DNA of 64,000 nt from an uncultured Acidobacteriaceae bacterium. Lineage in GTDB: Bacteria; Acidobacteriota; Terriglobia; Terriglobales; Acidobacteriaceae. This document shows, piece by piece, positions 30,683-40,792 of this stretch. The translations under genes and the position numbers were made by a program. The DNA is taken from contig CAWKKM010000019.1 of assembly GCA_963850235.1 (NCBI GenBank), forward strand, positions 88,949-152,948, written 5' to 3'. The stretch's first letter is position 1. Every line of letters starts with the position of its first letter. The notes beneath the pieces were generated by a model. That model was not told the origin of the DNA and did not search any database. It saw only the letters and a program-made list of their open reading frames with translations.

Positions 30683-32347
30683 TTACGCCTTCTGTACCAC
30701 CGCGGCGTTCAACGCCTGGCCTACGATCGTCTGCGCTTCCTCTTCGATCTGTTCCAGGTGTTGTTGGCTGCGAAAGCTTTCGGCATAGATCTTGTAAATC
30801 TCCTCCGTCCCAGAAGGCCGCGCCGCGAACCACCCGCTCTCGGCCATCACTTTCACCCCACCGATGGCTTGGCCATCGCCGGGCGCGTGCGTCAGGATGG
30901 TCTTGATCCTCTCACCCGCCAGCGTCGGACTCTGGATGCTCTCTTTGCTCATCTTCGCCAGCATCGCCTTTTGCTGCGTGGTTGCATGCGCGTCGGTCCT
31001 GTCATAGAACGGGTCGCCGTATTTCTGAGTGAGCTCGTGATAGATTTCGCCTGGGTCTTTCTTTACCGTGGCCGTCATCTCCGCTGCCAACAGCGCCGCG
31101 ATGATACCGTCCTTATCGGTCGTCCACACTGCGCCGTTGCGACGCAGGAAGGAGGCCCCGGCGCTCTCTTCGCCAACAAATCCCAACTTGCCCTCTAACA
31201 GGCCATCCACGAAGTACTTGAACCCTACGGGCACTTCGAACAATTCCCGGCTCAGCCCTGCAGTGACGCGATCGATCATGCTGCTGCTGACCGCCGTCTT
31301 CCCCACCGCGACCTTTTGCCCCCACTGTGGACGATGCCCGAACAGATAATAGATGCTGGTCGCAAGGTAGTGATTGGCAGGCATCAATCCCCGGCTGCGG
31401 GTTACGATACCGTGGCGGTCATGATCCGTATCGCAGGCCATGGCAACATCGAATTTATCCTTCAAAGCGATCAGCGACTGCATCGCATATTTCGAAGAGG
31501 GATCCATGCGGATCTTGCCATCCCAGTCCAGCGTCATGAAACGAAACGTGGGGTCGACCTCATCACTCACCAGGTTCAGATTCAGCTTGTAGCGCTCGGC
31601 AATCGGTCCCCAGTAGTGCACACCAGCGCCGCCCAGGGGATGAATACCGAAACGAATCCCTGAGTTGCGAATGGCCTCCATGTCGATAATGTTTCCCAGG
31701 TCCGCAACGTATGCATCAATGTAGTCATGCTCATGAGTCGTCGGAGCAGCGAGAGCCTTCTCCAGCGGCCAGCGCAGGACGCCCTCGAGCTTCGCGGCCA
31801 GAAATTCGTTTGCCTGGTTCTGAATCCAGGATGTTGCGTCGCTGCCCGCAGGCCCACCATGAGGCGGGTTGTACTTGAATCCTCCAGAGTCCGGCGGATT
31901 ATGCGACGGGGTGACCACGATGCCGTCGGCCAGGCCGGTTTTGCGGCCGTGATTGTAGGTGAGGATCGCGTGCGAGACAGCCGGGGTCGGCGTGTACTCG
32001 CCTTTTGCCGCCAGCATCAGCTCGACCTGGTTCGCGGCCAGCACTTCGACGGCACTAAGCATCGCGGGACGGGAAAGCGCGTGCGTGTCGATGCCGAGAA
32101 AGAGCGGCCCATCGATCTTCTGCTGCTTGCGATACAAGCAGATCGCCTGGGTAATCGCCAGGATGTGCCACTCATTGAAAGACCGGTCAAAGGATGAGCC
32201 CCGGTGTCCGGACGTGCCAAAGGCAACGCGCTGCTCGGGTACCTTGGGATCGGGCTTCTCCGCAAAGTAAGCGGCAAGTAATTTTTGTACGTCAACGAGG
32301 TCGGCGGCGGTGGCCAGTTGCCCGGCCTTGGGATTGATTTTATTCAA
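30683..32347 (-). CDS. pgm: phosphoglucomutase, alpha-D-glucose phosphate-specific
   Basis: The protein is 554 aa with a TTG start. The active-site loop is GIVVTPSHNPPDSGGFKYN. FGTSGHRG and GEESAG are also present. Confidence 0.92.
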   Translation of the reverse strand: MNKINPKAGQLATAADLVDVQKLLAAYFAEKPDPKVPEQRVAFGTSGHRGSSFDRSFNEWHILAITQAICLYRKQQKIDGPLFLGIDTHALSRPAMLSAVEVLAANQVELMLAAKGEYTPTPAVSHAILTYNHGRKTGLADGIVVTPSHNPPDSGGFKYNPPHGGPAGSDATSWIQNQANEFLAAKLEGVLRWPLEKALAAPTTHEHDYIDAYVADLGNIIDMEAIRNSGIRFGIHPLGGAGVHYWGPIAERYKLNLNLVSDEVDPTFRFMTLDWDGKIRMDPSSKYAMQSLIALKDKFDVAMACDTDHDRHGIVTRSRGLMPANHYLATSIYYLFGHRPQWGQKVAVGKTAVSSSMIDRVTAGLSRELFEVPVGFKYFVDGLLEGKLGFVGEESAGASFLRRNGAVWTTDKDGIIAALLAAEMTATVKKDPGEIYHELTQKYGDPFYDRTDAHATTQQKAMLAKMSKESIQSPTLAGERIKTILTHAPGDGQAIGGVKVMAESGWFAARPSGTEEIYKIYAESFRSQQHLEQIEEEAQTIVGQALNAAVVQKA

Positions 32348-32702
32348 GTCTCTACTTCCTCATGCATCTCTCGTACAAGCTGTCGACGCAGTACCGATTG
32401 TCTCGCAAAGGCCCGCGTCCGTCAGTACCCGGTGCGTTTTCTTAACACCCCAGTATTCTGGCTGGCTGTCCACCCCCAGGAGGATGAATTGCAGGGTATC
32501 CGGTACCTCATGGACAGGAGTCCCGCATGCCACAGAGCTTCCGATGCGTCGCGGCTCATCCCTGCCGCCTCGCACGCAGGCGCGTCCGGAAGGTGCCTGC
32601 GGCTCATGACTCCGACGGGCCACGAGACTCATGAGCACCCAGCAGGATGAAGGCGAGGAACTGCTGGCCATGCGCATCCAAATGGACTGTAGGGGGGACT
32701 CC

Positions 32703-33695
32703 ATGAAGGCAGCCGTCCTTGTCTCTGGCCGACCAGCGTCCGAACCATTCCTTCAGATTGAGGAGGTTCCTCGTCCGGAACCGCAGCCCGGTTATTTGCT
32801 GCTGCGAGTTCTTGCCTGTGGGGTTTGCCGGACCGACCTGCACATTGCCGAAGGAGATTTGCCGGTGGTTCTCACTCGGCTTATTCCCGGTCACCAGATC
32901 GTGGGCGAAGTGGCCGGCGGTGCGACTGCAGAGTTGCCGTTGGGAAGCCGGGCCGGGGTCTCCTGGATCGGCGGCGTGGATGGAAGTTGCTGGTACTGCC
33001 ATCACGGCATGGAGAATCTCTGCGACCAGCCTGCGTTTACTGGATACACGGTGAATGGCGGTTACGCGGAGTATGTCCTGGTTCGGGCGGACTTCGCGTT
33101 TCCTTTGCCTGATGGGTTAGACAACGTGCACGTCGCTCCCCTGCTGTGTGCCGGCATCATCGGCTTTCGCAGCCTGCGTGTGGCCGGGGTGGAACCCGGT
33201 GAGCGCGTGGGACTGTATGGCTTCGGCAGTTCGGCGAGTCTCGCCATCACCGTTTTGCAATCGTGGAAGTGCGAAGTTTATGTCTCCACGAGGGGCGAGA
33301 CCCATCGCCAGATGGCGTCCGCGCTCGGCGCAACCTGGGTGGGTAAAGAGGATGAGACGCCTCCGGTAAAGCTGGATCGGGCGATCACGTTTGCACCCAG
33401 CGGCAAGGTAGTGGTGAGTGCCTTATCGGCTTTGCGCAAGGGGGGCGTGGTGGCGATCAATGCCATCCACCTCGACCAGATGCCTGCGTTTGACTACGAC
33501 AAGCTGCTTTGGGGCGAACGGCAAATCCGCAGCGTAGCCAACATGACGCGCCAGGATGCTCGCGATTTTCTGGCGATCGCGCAGGAATTGAAAATTCATC
33601 CACAGGTGGTCGTGTTTTCCTTGCAGGACGCAACCAAGGCTCTGTTAGCCGTCAAGCAAGAAACGGAGCGCGGCTCGGCAGTGATTGTTCCCTGA
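32703..33695 (+). CDS. zinc-dependent alcohol dehydrogenase family protein
   Basis: This is ORF 32631..33695. The likely start is the ATG at 32703 (MKAAVL...). The zinc site is GVCRTDLHIAEGDL. Confidence 0.85.
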   Translation: MKAAVLVSGRPASEPFLQIEEVPRPEPQPGYLLLRVLACGVCRTDLHIAEGDLPVVLTRLIPGHQIVGEVAGGATAELPLGSRAGVSWIGGVDGSCWYCHHGMENLCDQPAFTGYTVNGGYAEYVLVRADFAFPLPDGLDNVHVAPLLCAGIIGFRSLRVAGVEPGERVGLYGFGSSASLAITVLQSWKCEVYVSTRGETHRQMASALGATWVGKEDETPPVKLDRAITFAPSGKVVVSALSALRKGGVVAINAIHLDQMPAFDYDKLLWGERQIRSVANMTRQDARDFLAIAQELKIHPQVVVFSLQDATKALLAVKQETERGSAVIVP

Positions 33696-33711
33696 AGATG
33701 ACAAAGACAGC

Positions 33712-36700
33712 TTAGTAAATCAGCTTCAATGAGAACTGAATCTGTCGCGAAGTGCCGGCTGTACGGCTGATTTCACCGAAACCTGCGCCGACCAGCGTGT
33801 TCGCCGGTAAACCCATGTTGACGATGTTGAAGATGTTGAAGAACTCAGCGCGAAACTGCAGATCCATCAGTTCAATCCCGCTCGACCGCCGGCCGAACGG
33901 TGTGCTCTTGATCAAGGCAAAATCAAAATCGTAGTAAGCCGGCCCGCGAAATGTATTGCGCCCCAGCGTGCCGAACACCCCGTGGTTCGGACCGGTGCCC
34001 CCCGGCACATTGACCGGAATCGAAAAGTAAGAAGCATTATTTGTCCCCAACCCAAAATAGTCTTCGCGAACTTTGCGGCTCGTCGAAAGGTGCGGAATCC
34101 CAACCTGGTTCGGCCGGTCCGCCCCGTTCGTGCCGGCGTCCGTCTGCTGCACCCCCGAGTAGACAGTAAAGGGTGCTCCACTGGTGATACTGGAAATGCT
34201 GAGCAGCTCCCAACCGCCGGTGACCGTTTTGCCGAGGGGCCGAAGGAAGGCGGCGTCTTCCCCATGCAAATCCTGCGCCAGGCTCAGAGTGAAGGTGTGG
34301 GTGACGTCGAAGCTGGAGGGGCCTTTTTCCGGATGAGTGTCAACAGGGTTCTGAGGCGATATCTGCGAAACGGCGCCTGTGCTCCCGGTAAGAAAGCCCC
34401 CCACCACGGAACTGGTTTCATCCAGCGACTTGGACCACGTATAACTCGCCTGCACTCCGGGTCCGCCATGCGGCACCGTTCCCTGCAGCGAAGTCTGCAA
34501 GGCATGGTAGGAAGAGTGCGCAGTATTGGTGATGACGCTCTCCGTACCGAAGCCGCCAACGATGTTGCCCGCGGGATCGAACTGGGTGTACGGAGCGAAG
34601 CTGGGACCGGCCCCGGGATATCCGTTGAAGAAACTCTCGCGGGCCAGTCTCGCAGCAGCGGTTCCAATATAAGTCGCGTTCGCCACCAGGTCGCCGAAAT
34701 GGCGTTCGAGGCCGAGCGTCCACGTCTGAAGATAGGCATTGCCAAAACGTGGATCGACAGACGTGATGTTCAACGGAGTGATGCGATGGCTGGGCGAAAG
34801 CGCCGCGAGATCCTGCTGGTAACGGTTGAAATCCATCACTGTGTTGCCGTGAACCGCTTTGGTGCCGTTGGCGAAAATGTCCTGTCCCTGAGGAGTGTAG
34901 ACGCGTGGCAGCTCTCCCGATGTGATCTGGAACCCATACGGGATTATTCCTGTCGGAGCCGAGGTGAGGCGGGGATAGATCACAAACGGAGTCGACCCTG
35001 TGAGCGAATTGTCCTGGTATAAGTTCGGCGGAATGGTGGTGATGGCGCCGCCGGCGCGGACATGGATCTGGTAGCCGGCCAGCCAATCCAGTTGCACCCG
35101 TGGACCCAGCCCGTTCAGGTTGAATCGATAGCCTGGCTGCGGATTGATGACGAACTGCTGGACCACTCCGGCAGGTGTCGTGGAAAAGGCTATGCCGGAG
35201 GTCCTTTTCGCGCGCTCGGTGACGGGAGTGTACAGTTCGTAGCGCAGGCCGTAATCGAGCACCAGGCGAGGCGAAATCTTCCAGGTGTCCTGGACATAGA
35301 ACAAGAAAGCATTCCGGTTGATGGCCGCGGCGCCAATGTGCTCACCCCCTGAGAAATAGGTTGGCGCGACCGCCACGGTGTAGAGAAAAGGACTCCCGCT
35401 CAATAGGCCGGAGAGCGTGTCCGGCAGTGGATCGCCAACGCGGATGTTGTGCATGCCGCTCTGCGAAGTGATATTCACCGGGGAGTACGCGATACCCCCG
35501 CCAAAGTTATATTCGCCATTGGGACTGATACCGAAGTAGGTGGTGTCGCGGTTCAATCGCAGCTCAGCCCCCGCTTTGAAGGTGTGTTTGGCTGTCGTGA
35601 AGGAAAAATTCTGGCGGCCCTGGAAGAGGTTGCCGTAGACGCTGATAACCGTGCCAGCCGGCTGATTGAAGGGTTCGTACAGGCCGTCATTGAACTTGAC
35701 CGCGGGGTCGGTGAGGTCGGTCGTGGGAAAAGAAGGAGTGGCACGGGTAGCCGATACGGAGGATTCCGAAAGGAAGCGCGGCGAGAGAGTCCGGGTATAC
35801 GTAACCACGAAGTTGCGCTGGTGATCGATGTAGCGAATGGCGAAATTCGGATCGAGCACGGTTTGATCGGGATTGGTCGTCGGTCCATTCAAATTGTTTA
35901 GGTTGAATCGCGCGAACAGCTGGGATTTATCAGAAATTTTGTGATCGAGGCGGAGCGAAACCTGGTCTGCATCCGTCACCACCGGCGACGAGCTGGCGTA
36001 GGTGTGAATTCCGTAGGAGCCGGTAGGATTGTTCGGCAAAGGGTACCGCGCGAGCACGCGTGCTATGCCCGGATCGACCGGTATGGTGAGCACGTCACCA
36101 GGGAAAGCGGCGGTGTCGAGCCCCGCGCGTTCCTGTTCTGTAGGCACAGGAAACACCTGGGTGGTGCCCAGCACCTGGCGAAAGCCCTGGTACTGGCCAA
36201 AGTAAAAAGTCCTGCCCGCTCCGTTATATAGGTGCGGAAGTTTGACCGGACCACCGTTGGTGAATCCAAATTCATTGCGGCGAAAGGGAGGAAGCCGCCC
36301 CGGACTCGCGATCGAGGGGTGGTCGAAGTAGTTCCTCGCGTCGAAGGCCGAGTTGCGCACAAACTCAAAAAACGAGCCGTGGAACCCGCTGCTTCCCGAT
36401 CGGGTGACGATGTTGGTAAAGCCGGCGGCGCCGCGGCCGATCTCGGCCGGCATCCAGCCAGACTGCGATTGAATCTCCTGCACCGCGTCCACGTTGAAGT
36501 TGCTGAACGTGGAACCGCCCATCTCGGGATCGCTGATGTCGGCGCCGTCCATGGCGAACGTTGCTTCGACTCCCCGCTGGCCGTTGATGGCAAACTGCGC
36601 GGTGAAGTTGGTGGCCCCATTGGCGTCGGTCATGGTGCCCGCCGCCAGCAGCAACAACTGGCTGAAGTCGCGTTTGTTCAAGGGGAGCTGGCTGACGGAT

Positions 36701-37164
36701 TTACTCGAAAGGTCAACCCCGCCGGTATTCTCCTGTTGCTCCGCGAGCGCCTGCAAGACCAGCGCTCCCTGGCTGGTGAGGGTCAGCAGCGCATCGCTCT
36801 GCGGGGTTCCGAGATCGATATCCGTGGGAAAAGCGATGCGACGTCCGTCCACGGTCACAGACAGTTTGTAGTGAGCCGGCTGCAGCTGGTGAAAAGAAAA
36901 ACCGCCGTCTGGCTGAGTCACCGCCGTGGCCGTGTGGCCGGCGGCTTCCAGTTCAAGCACTGCGCCGCTAAGTGGTTTGCCGGCAGCATTATGGAGTTCT
37001 CCTTTCCAGCCTGCATTGCCGTTGAGCTGTTGGGCCAGGAGCGGCTGGGCGAGACTCATCCACACAAGTAAACCCAATACTTTGTGCGGGATTGTGAGCC
37101 GGGAGAAAAATACTTGGACGGCTGGACTGAGTTGCGCGACAATCATCCGATCTAAACAGGTCAT
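33712..37164 (-). CDS. TonB-dependent receptor with a carboxypeptidase-regulatory-like domain
   Basis: The protein is 1150 aa. The N-terminal domain is GELHNAAGKPLSGAVLELEAAGHTATAVTQPDGGFSFHQLQPAHYKLSVTV. The C-terminal residue is aromatic (...SLKLIY). The start codon is uncertain. Confidence 0.88.
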   Translation of the reverse strand: MTCLDRMIVAQLSPAVQVFFSRLTIPHKVLGLLVWMSLAQPLLAQQLNGNAGWKGELHNAAGKPLSGAVLELEAAGHTATAVTQPDGGFSFHQLQPAHYKLSVTVDGRRIAFPTDIDLGTPQSDALLTLTSQGALVLQALAEQQENTGGVDLSSKSVSQLPLNKRDFSQLLLLAAGTMTDANGATNFTAQFAINGQRGVEATFAMDGADISDPEMGGSTFSNFNVDAVQEIQSQSGWMPAEIGRGAAGFTNIVTRSGSSGFHGSFFEFVRNSAFDARNYFDHPSIASPGRLPPFRRNEFGFTNGGPVKLPHLYNGAGRTFYFGQYQGFRQVLGTTQVFPVPTEQERAGLDTAAFPGDVLTIPVDPGIARVLARYPLPNNPTGSYGIHTYASSSPVVTDADQVSLRLDHKISDKSQLFARFNLNNLNGPTTNPDQTVLDPNFAIRYIDHQRNFVVTYTRTLSPRFLSESSVSATRATPSFPTTDLTDPAVKFNDGLYEPFNQPAGTVISVYGNLFQGRQNFSFTTAKHTFKAGAELRLNRDTTYFGISPNGEYNFGGGIAYSPVNITSQSGMHNIRVGDPLPDTLSGLLSGSPFLYTVAVAPTYFSGGEHIGAAAINRNAFLFYVQDTWKISPRLVLDYGLRYELYTPVTERAKRTSGIAFSTTPAGVVQQFVINPQPGYRFNLNGLGPRVQLDWLAGYQIHVRAGGAITTIPPNLYQDNSLTGSTPFVIYPRLTSAPTGIIPYGFQITSGELPRVYTPQGQDIFANGTKAVHGNTVMDFNRYQQDLAALSPSHRITPLNITSVDPRFGNAYLQTWTLGLERHFGDLVANATYIGTAAARLARESFFNGYPGAGPSFAPYTQFDPAGNIVGGFGTESVITNTAHSSYHALQTSLQGTVPHGGPGVQASYTWSKSLDETSSVVGGFLTGSTGAVSQISPQNPVDTHPEKGPSSFDVTHTFTLSLAQDLHGEDAAFLRPLGKTVTGGWELLSISSITSGAPFTVYSGVQQTDAGTNGADRPNQVGIPHLSTSRKVREDYFGLGTNNASYFSIPVNVPGGTGPNHGVFGTLGRNTFRGPAYYDFDFALIKSTPFGRRSSGIELMDLQFRAEFFNIFNIVNMGLPANTLVGAGFGEISRTAGTSRQIQFSLKLIY

Positions 37165-37381
37165 CCAAGACGCATGCTATCGTGCTTCCGCCTAAAAGGC
37201 TTGTCGCGTCGTGGGTGTGCCAGATCAGAGCGCTTAGAAGTAGTGCGGGTGTACGGGTGAGTAACCGCTTAGACATGCACAAAAAGCGAGACAGTGATGG
37301 CGCCATTGTGTACACTGCTTGCCCATGGCAAGAGCACGTGTTGCCAGCCCCCTGCCATAGAAGTGTCAAGGAGAGAAGACG

Positions 37382-37951
37382 ATGAGCTTTTGCCAGACCT
37401 GCGGAAGCAGCCTGCCCGATGGAAGTCAGACTTGCCCAGCATGTGGAGCTACCCAGGGGGCGGCTGCGTACAGTGCACCGCCGGGGCCCGTACCCGGCTC
37501 GGGTCCAGCTCCCGGCCCCTATCCCGGTCAGATGCCAGGCGCTATGCAAACCCCAATGCCAGCGGCCGGAGCCGGACTGACGCCCAACGTCGCCGGGGCA
37601 CTCGCCTACCTGGTCGGCGCCATTACCGGAATTCTGTTTCTGGTGATCGATCCCTTCAAGGCCGATCGATTTGTTCGCTTCCACGCCTTTCAATCGATCT
37701 TCTTCAACCTGGCGTGGATTGCTTTCTGGGTCGTTTGGATGATCGTGGGCCTGGTGCTTGGCGCCGTCTCGCACGGGCTGTTCTTCATCATCCAGCTACC
37801 CATCAATCTGCTGGTCACCGTGGGCGGCTTCTGCATCTGGATCTACCTGATGTATTCCGCTTACCAGGGCAAGACGTTTCAACTCCCGGTTATCGGCGCT
37901 TTGGCGGCCAGCCAGGCAGGGATTGCACCGGCGGCCGGCCAGCGGCTGTAG
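37382..37951 (+). CDS. zinc-ribbon membrane protein (DUF4870-like)
   Basis: The protein is 189 aa. MSFCQTCGSSLPDGSQTCPACG is a CxxC...CxxC zinc ribbon. A Pro/Gly linker and 3-4 TM segments follow. An AAGGAGAG RBS is present. Confidence 0.7.
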   Translation: MSFCQTCGSSLPDGSQTCPACGATQGAAAYSAPPGPVPGSGPAPGPYPGQMPGAMQTPMPAAGAGLTPNVAGALAYLVGAITGILFLVIDPFKADRFVRFHAFQSIFFNLAWIAFWVVWMIVGLVLGAVSHGLFFIIQLPINLLVTVGGFCIWIYLMYSAYQGKTFQLPVIGALAASQAGIAPAAGQRL

Positions 37952-38230
37952 CATTCACTCGAGCGCCGGCTGGCAGAACCGGCCGGCGCTTTGGCGTGTC
38001 TGGCTAACCTACAGAAACCGGCACCGAACCCGGCTGTTTCTTCGCCGTACCCCGGATCCCAAGCAGCGTCAGGATTGGCGATCCGCAGCTTACCGTGATC
38101 AACAGGATGATGGCCATCTGGGTCAGCAGCAGGGTCATGTTGTTCAGTCTATCGCTCTACTCCGTCTTTGTGGCCTCGCCCACCACGGCAGAGCTGGTAA
38201 ATTATTCTAGGCTGGGGCGGTTATCCGCAT

Positions 38231-39847
38231 TTGAAACTCTTCTTTTTCTGTCTTTTCAGCTTACTGGCATTCGCCGGAATCGTCTCCTCCGCGCACGGGG
38301 CCACTCGCGCCGACCTTCTGCGTGGGGCGTACGGACCTTATCGCGCAAACAACGATCTGCTGTTTTATCACCTCGACATCCGTGTTGATCCGGAAAAGAA
38401 GTTTCTAGAGGGAAAGAACACCATCCGCTTCAGGATGCTCAAGGATGGCCGGCGTATCCAGCTTGATCTCCACCCCGCTCTTAAGATCGACAAAATTCTG
38501 CTGGGCGGGGTTCGGCTGCGATACACCCGCGATTCGGGCGCAGTCTTCATCGACTTCCCTCAACTGCTGAAAGCGAGCCGTGAGTACACCATCGACTTCT
38601 ACTACTCCGGCCATCCGGTAGAAACCGGGCGCTTCGGCGCCATCACCTTCCGCAAAGATCCCGCGGGCCATCCCTGGATCAACACCGCGTGCGAAGAGAC
38701 CGGCGCCAGCGTGTGGTGGCCCAACAAAGACCAGTGGCGCGATGAAGTGGAAGGCATGGAGATCAGCGTGGCGATTCCCAACGGCCTGGTCGACGTCTCC
38801 AACGGAAAATTCGCGGGCAAGACTGATCTCGGTGATGGTTACACACGCTGGGATTGGCTGGTTCATTACCCCATCAACAACTACGACGTCTCTTTGAATA
38901 TCGGCAACTATGTGCACTTCTCCGATCACCTGGGCGAACTACCCCTTGATTTTTATGTGCTGCCCGAGGACAAGCCGAAGGCGGAACAGCAATTCACCCA
39001 GGCAAAAGGCATGCTGCAGATCTTTGGCCACTACTTCGGTGACTATCCCTTTCCCCAGGACGGCTACAAACTCATCGAGGTGCCGTATTCCGGGATGGAA
39101 CACCAGACAGCGGTGACCTATGGCAATCACTTCACCAACGGCTACCTGGGACGGGACTGGGCTGGTTCCGGGCTGAGCCTCCGGTTCGACTTCATCATCA
39201 TCCACGAAAGCGCGCATGAGTGGTTCGGCAACAGCGTCACCGCCGCTGATCGATCAGACATGTGGATTCATGAGGGCTTTGCCACCTACATGGAAAGCCT
39301 GTACGTGGAATCGCGTTGGGGACGAGCCGACGCCCTGAAATATCTCAACGGATTGAAGCCCAAGGTGAAAAACCTGCAGCCGATCATTTCCGTGCGCGGT
39401 GTCAACAGCACGCCGCCGATCGACCAATACTTCAAGGGCGCGCTGTTTCTCAACACCCTGCGCAGCGTGGTCGATGACGACCCTCGTTGGTGGGCGCTGC
39501 TGCATGGGTTCTACCAGCACTTCAAATACCGGAACATCATGACCGAAGACGTGGTCGCGTACTTCAACCAGCAAACCGGGATGAATCTGACACCCATCTT
39601 TCATGAATATTTGCGGCATGCGGCGTTGCCGGTGCTCCAACTCAAGTGGAGTCCGGGAGGAAACATCCGTTACCGATGGCAGGCGGATGAACCTGCCTTC
39701 GCAATGCCGGTGCTGGTAGGCAGCCCGGATCATTGGCAAAGGATCAAGCCTACGAACCGCTGGCAGACGATGCAAACGCCACTGTCGAAAGACCAGTTCC
39801 AGGTAGCGACCGACCTGTTCTACGTCAAGGTAGACTGGATGCCGTGA
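38231..39847 (+). CDS. M1 family metallopeptidase (aminopeptidase N-like), secreted
   Basis: The protein is 538 aa with a signal peptide. It carries HESAHEWFGN (HExxH) and WIHEGFATYME (the distal Glu). Confidence 0.9.
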   Translation: MKLFFFCLFSLLAFAGIVSSAHGATRADLLRGAYGPYRANNDLLFYHLDIRVDPEKKFLEGKNTIRFRMLKDGRRIQLDLHPALKIDKILLGGVRLRYTRDSGAVFIDFPQLLKASREYTIDFYYSGHPVETGRFGAITFRKDPAGHPWINTACEETGASVWWPNKDQWRDEVEGMEISVAIPNGLVDVSNGKFAGKTDLGDGYTRWDWLVHYPINNYDVSLNIGNYVHFSDHLGELPLDFYVLPEDKPKAEQQFTQAKGMLQIFGHYFGDYPFPQDGYKLIEVPYSGMEHQTAVTYGNHFTNGYLGRDWAGSGLSLRFDFIIIHESAHEWFGNSVTAADRSDMWIHEGFATYMESLYVESRWGRADALKYLNGLKPKVKNLQPIISVRGVNSTPPIDQYFKGALFLNTLRSVVDDDPRWWALLHGFYQHFKYRNIMTEDVVAYFNQQTGMNLTPIFHEYLRHAALPVLQLKWSPGGNIRYRWQADEPAFAMPVLVGSPDHWQRIKPTNRWQTMQTPLSKDQFQVATDLFYVKVDWMP

Positions 39848-40476
39848 CCATTGAACTTTCCCCGATTGCCGCTCGCGTGCTCGGATCGTTGGTAGAAAAA
39901 GAAATTACCACGCCCGAGTATTACCCTCTTTCTCTGAATGCGCTGGCGAACGCCTGCAACCAGAAAAACAACCGCGAGCCGGTAACTAATCTGGACGAGG
40001 GCGAGATCCGGCAGGCACTGCACCGTCTGGAAGACTTTGGGCTGGCGAGCGCCGCGCGCGGGACGGAAAGCCGCGTGGCCAAGTATGAGCACCACATGCA
40101 GGAGGTGTTCAACTTCACTCGTGGAGAGATTGCTGTCATGTGCGTTCTGCTGCTGCGCGGTCCGCAAACACCCGGTGAGTTGCGAGGAAGAACGGAACGG
40201 ATGCATCGCTTTGAGGAGCTGAGCGACGTGCAGTCGACCCTGCAGCGGTTGATGCAGCGCGAACCGCCGCTCGTCATGGTGCTCCCGCGCCAACCCGGCA
40301 CCAAGGAAGCGCGCTACGCTCATCTCTTATCGGGTGAGGTCACGGAGCCCGCCCCTGTAGAAGCACCGCAAGCCGGACGAGGAACGGCCCACCTCGAAGC
40401 CGAAGTCGACGCCCTACGACAGGAAGTAGCGCAACTAAGAGAGCAAGTGGAGAAGGTGCTGCGGCTGGTGGAGTAG
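39844..40476 (+). CDS. yceH: YceH/DUF480 family protein
   Basis: The GTG at 39844 overlaps the M1 peptidase stop (GTGA). The translation TIELSPIAARVLGSLVEKEITTPEYYPLSLNALANACNQKNNREPV...LLLRGPQTPGELR is collinear with E. coli YceH. Confidence 0.85.
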   Translation: MTIELSPIAARVLGSLVEKEITTPEYYPLSLNALANACNQKNNREPVTNLDEGEIRQALHRLEDFGLASAARGTESRVAKYEHHMQEVFNFTRGEIAVMCVLLLRGPQTPGELRGRTERMHRFEELSDVQSTLQRLMQREPPLVMVLPRQPGTKEARYAHLLSGEVTEPAPVEAPQAGRGTAHLEAEVDALRQEVAQLREQVEKVLRLVE

Positions 40477-40520
40477 GCGGAATCGGCACAAGAGGCAGTG
40501 TTTCTCTCAGTCAGTCTCAG

Positions 40521-40718
40521 CACCGGAGGTGCGCGTTATACCAGCCCAGGCCATCGGCCTGGGTGTAAGAAACCCACATCATTCGGGAGGGCTGAAAGCC
40601 CGATCTATGTTCTTCAGCTTGGCGGCGAAGGATGGATCGGGCCTACGGCCCTCACGAATTCTCGGCGACTGAAACCCAGGCCATCGGCCTGGGCTCGTAT
40701 AGCGCCGCACCTTCGGTG
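40521..40718. repeat. D-type composite palindromic element
   Basis: There are two identical 19-nt hairpins, CCCAGGCC-ATC-GGCCTGGG (40545-40563 and 40675-40693). Four triloop hairpins flank them in mirror order: GCACC-GGA-GGTGC (40521-40533), GGGCT-GAA-AGCCC (40589-40601), GGGCC-TAC-GGCCC (40639-40651) and GCACC-TTC-GGTGC (40706-40718). Confidence 0.8.
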
Positions 40719-40792
40719 CTGGTATTCACTCATGGCCTACTCGAGGACGAGAAACGAGGCCCTCACCGATACATAACTTCATTACGGACCCT

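Noticed and set aside
38004-38138. 44-aa hydrophobic minus-strand ORF (MTLLLTQMAIILLITVSCGSPILTLLGIRG...) between the zinc-ribbon gene and the M1 peptidase
   Set aside because: It vaguely resembles the first helix of cation/proton antiporters. No continuation exists in any frame, there is no clear RBS, and it is too short to distinguish from chance.
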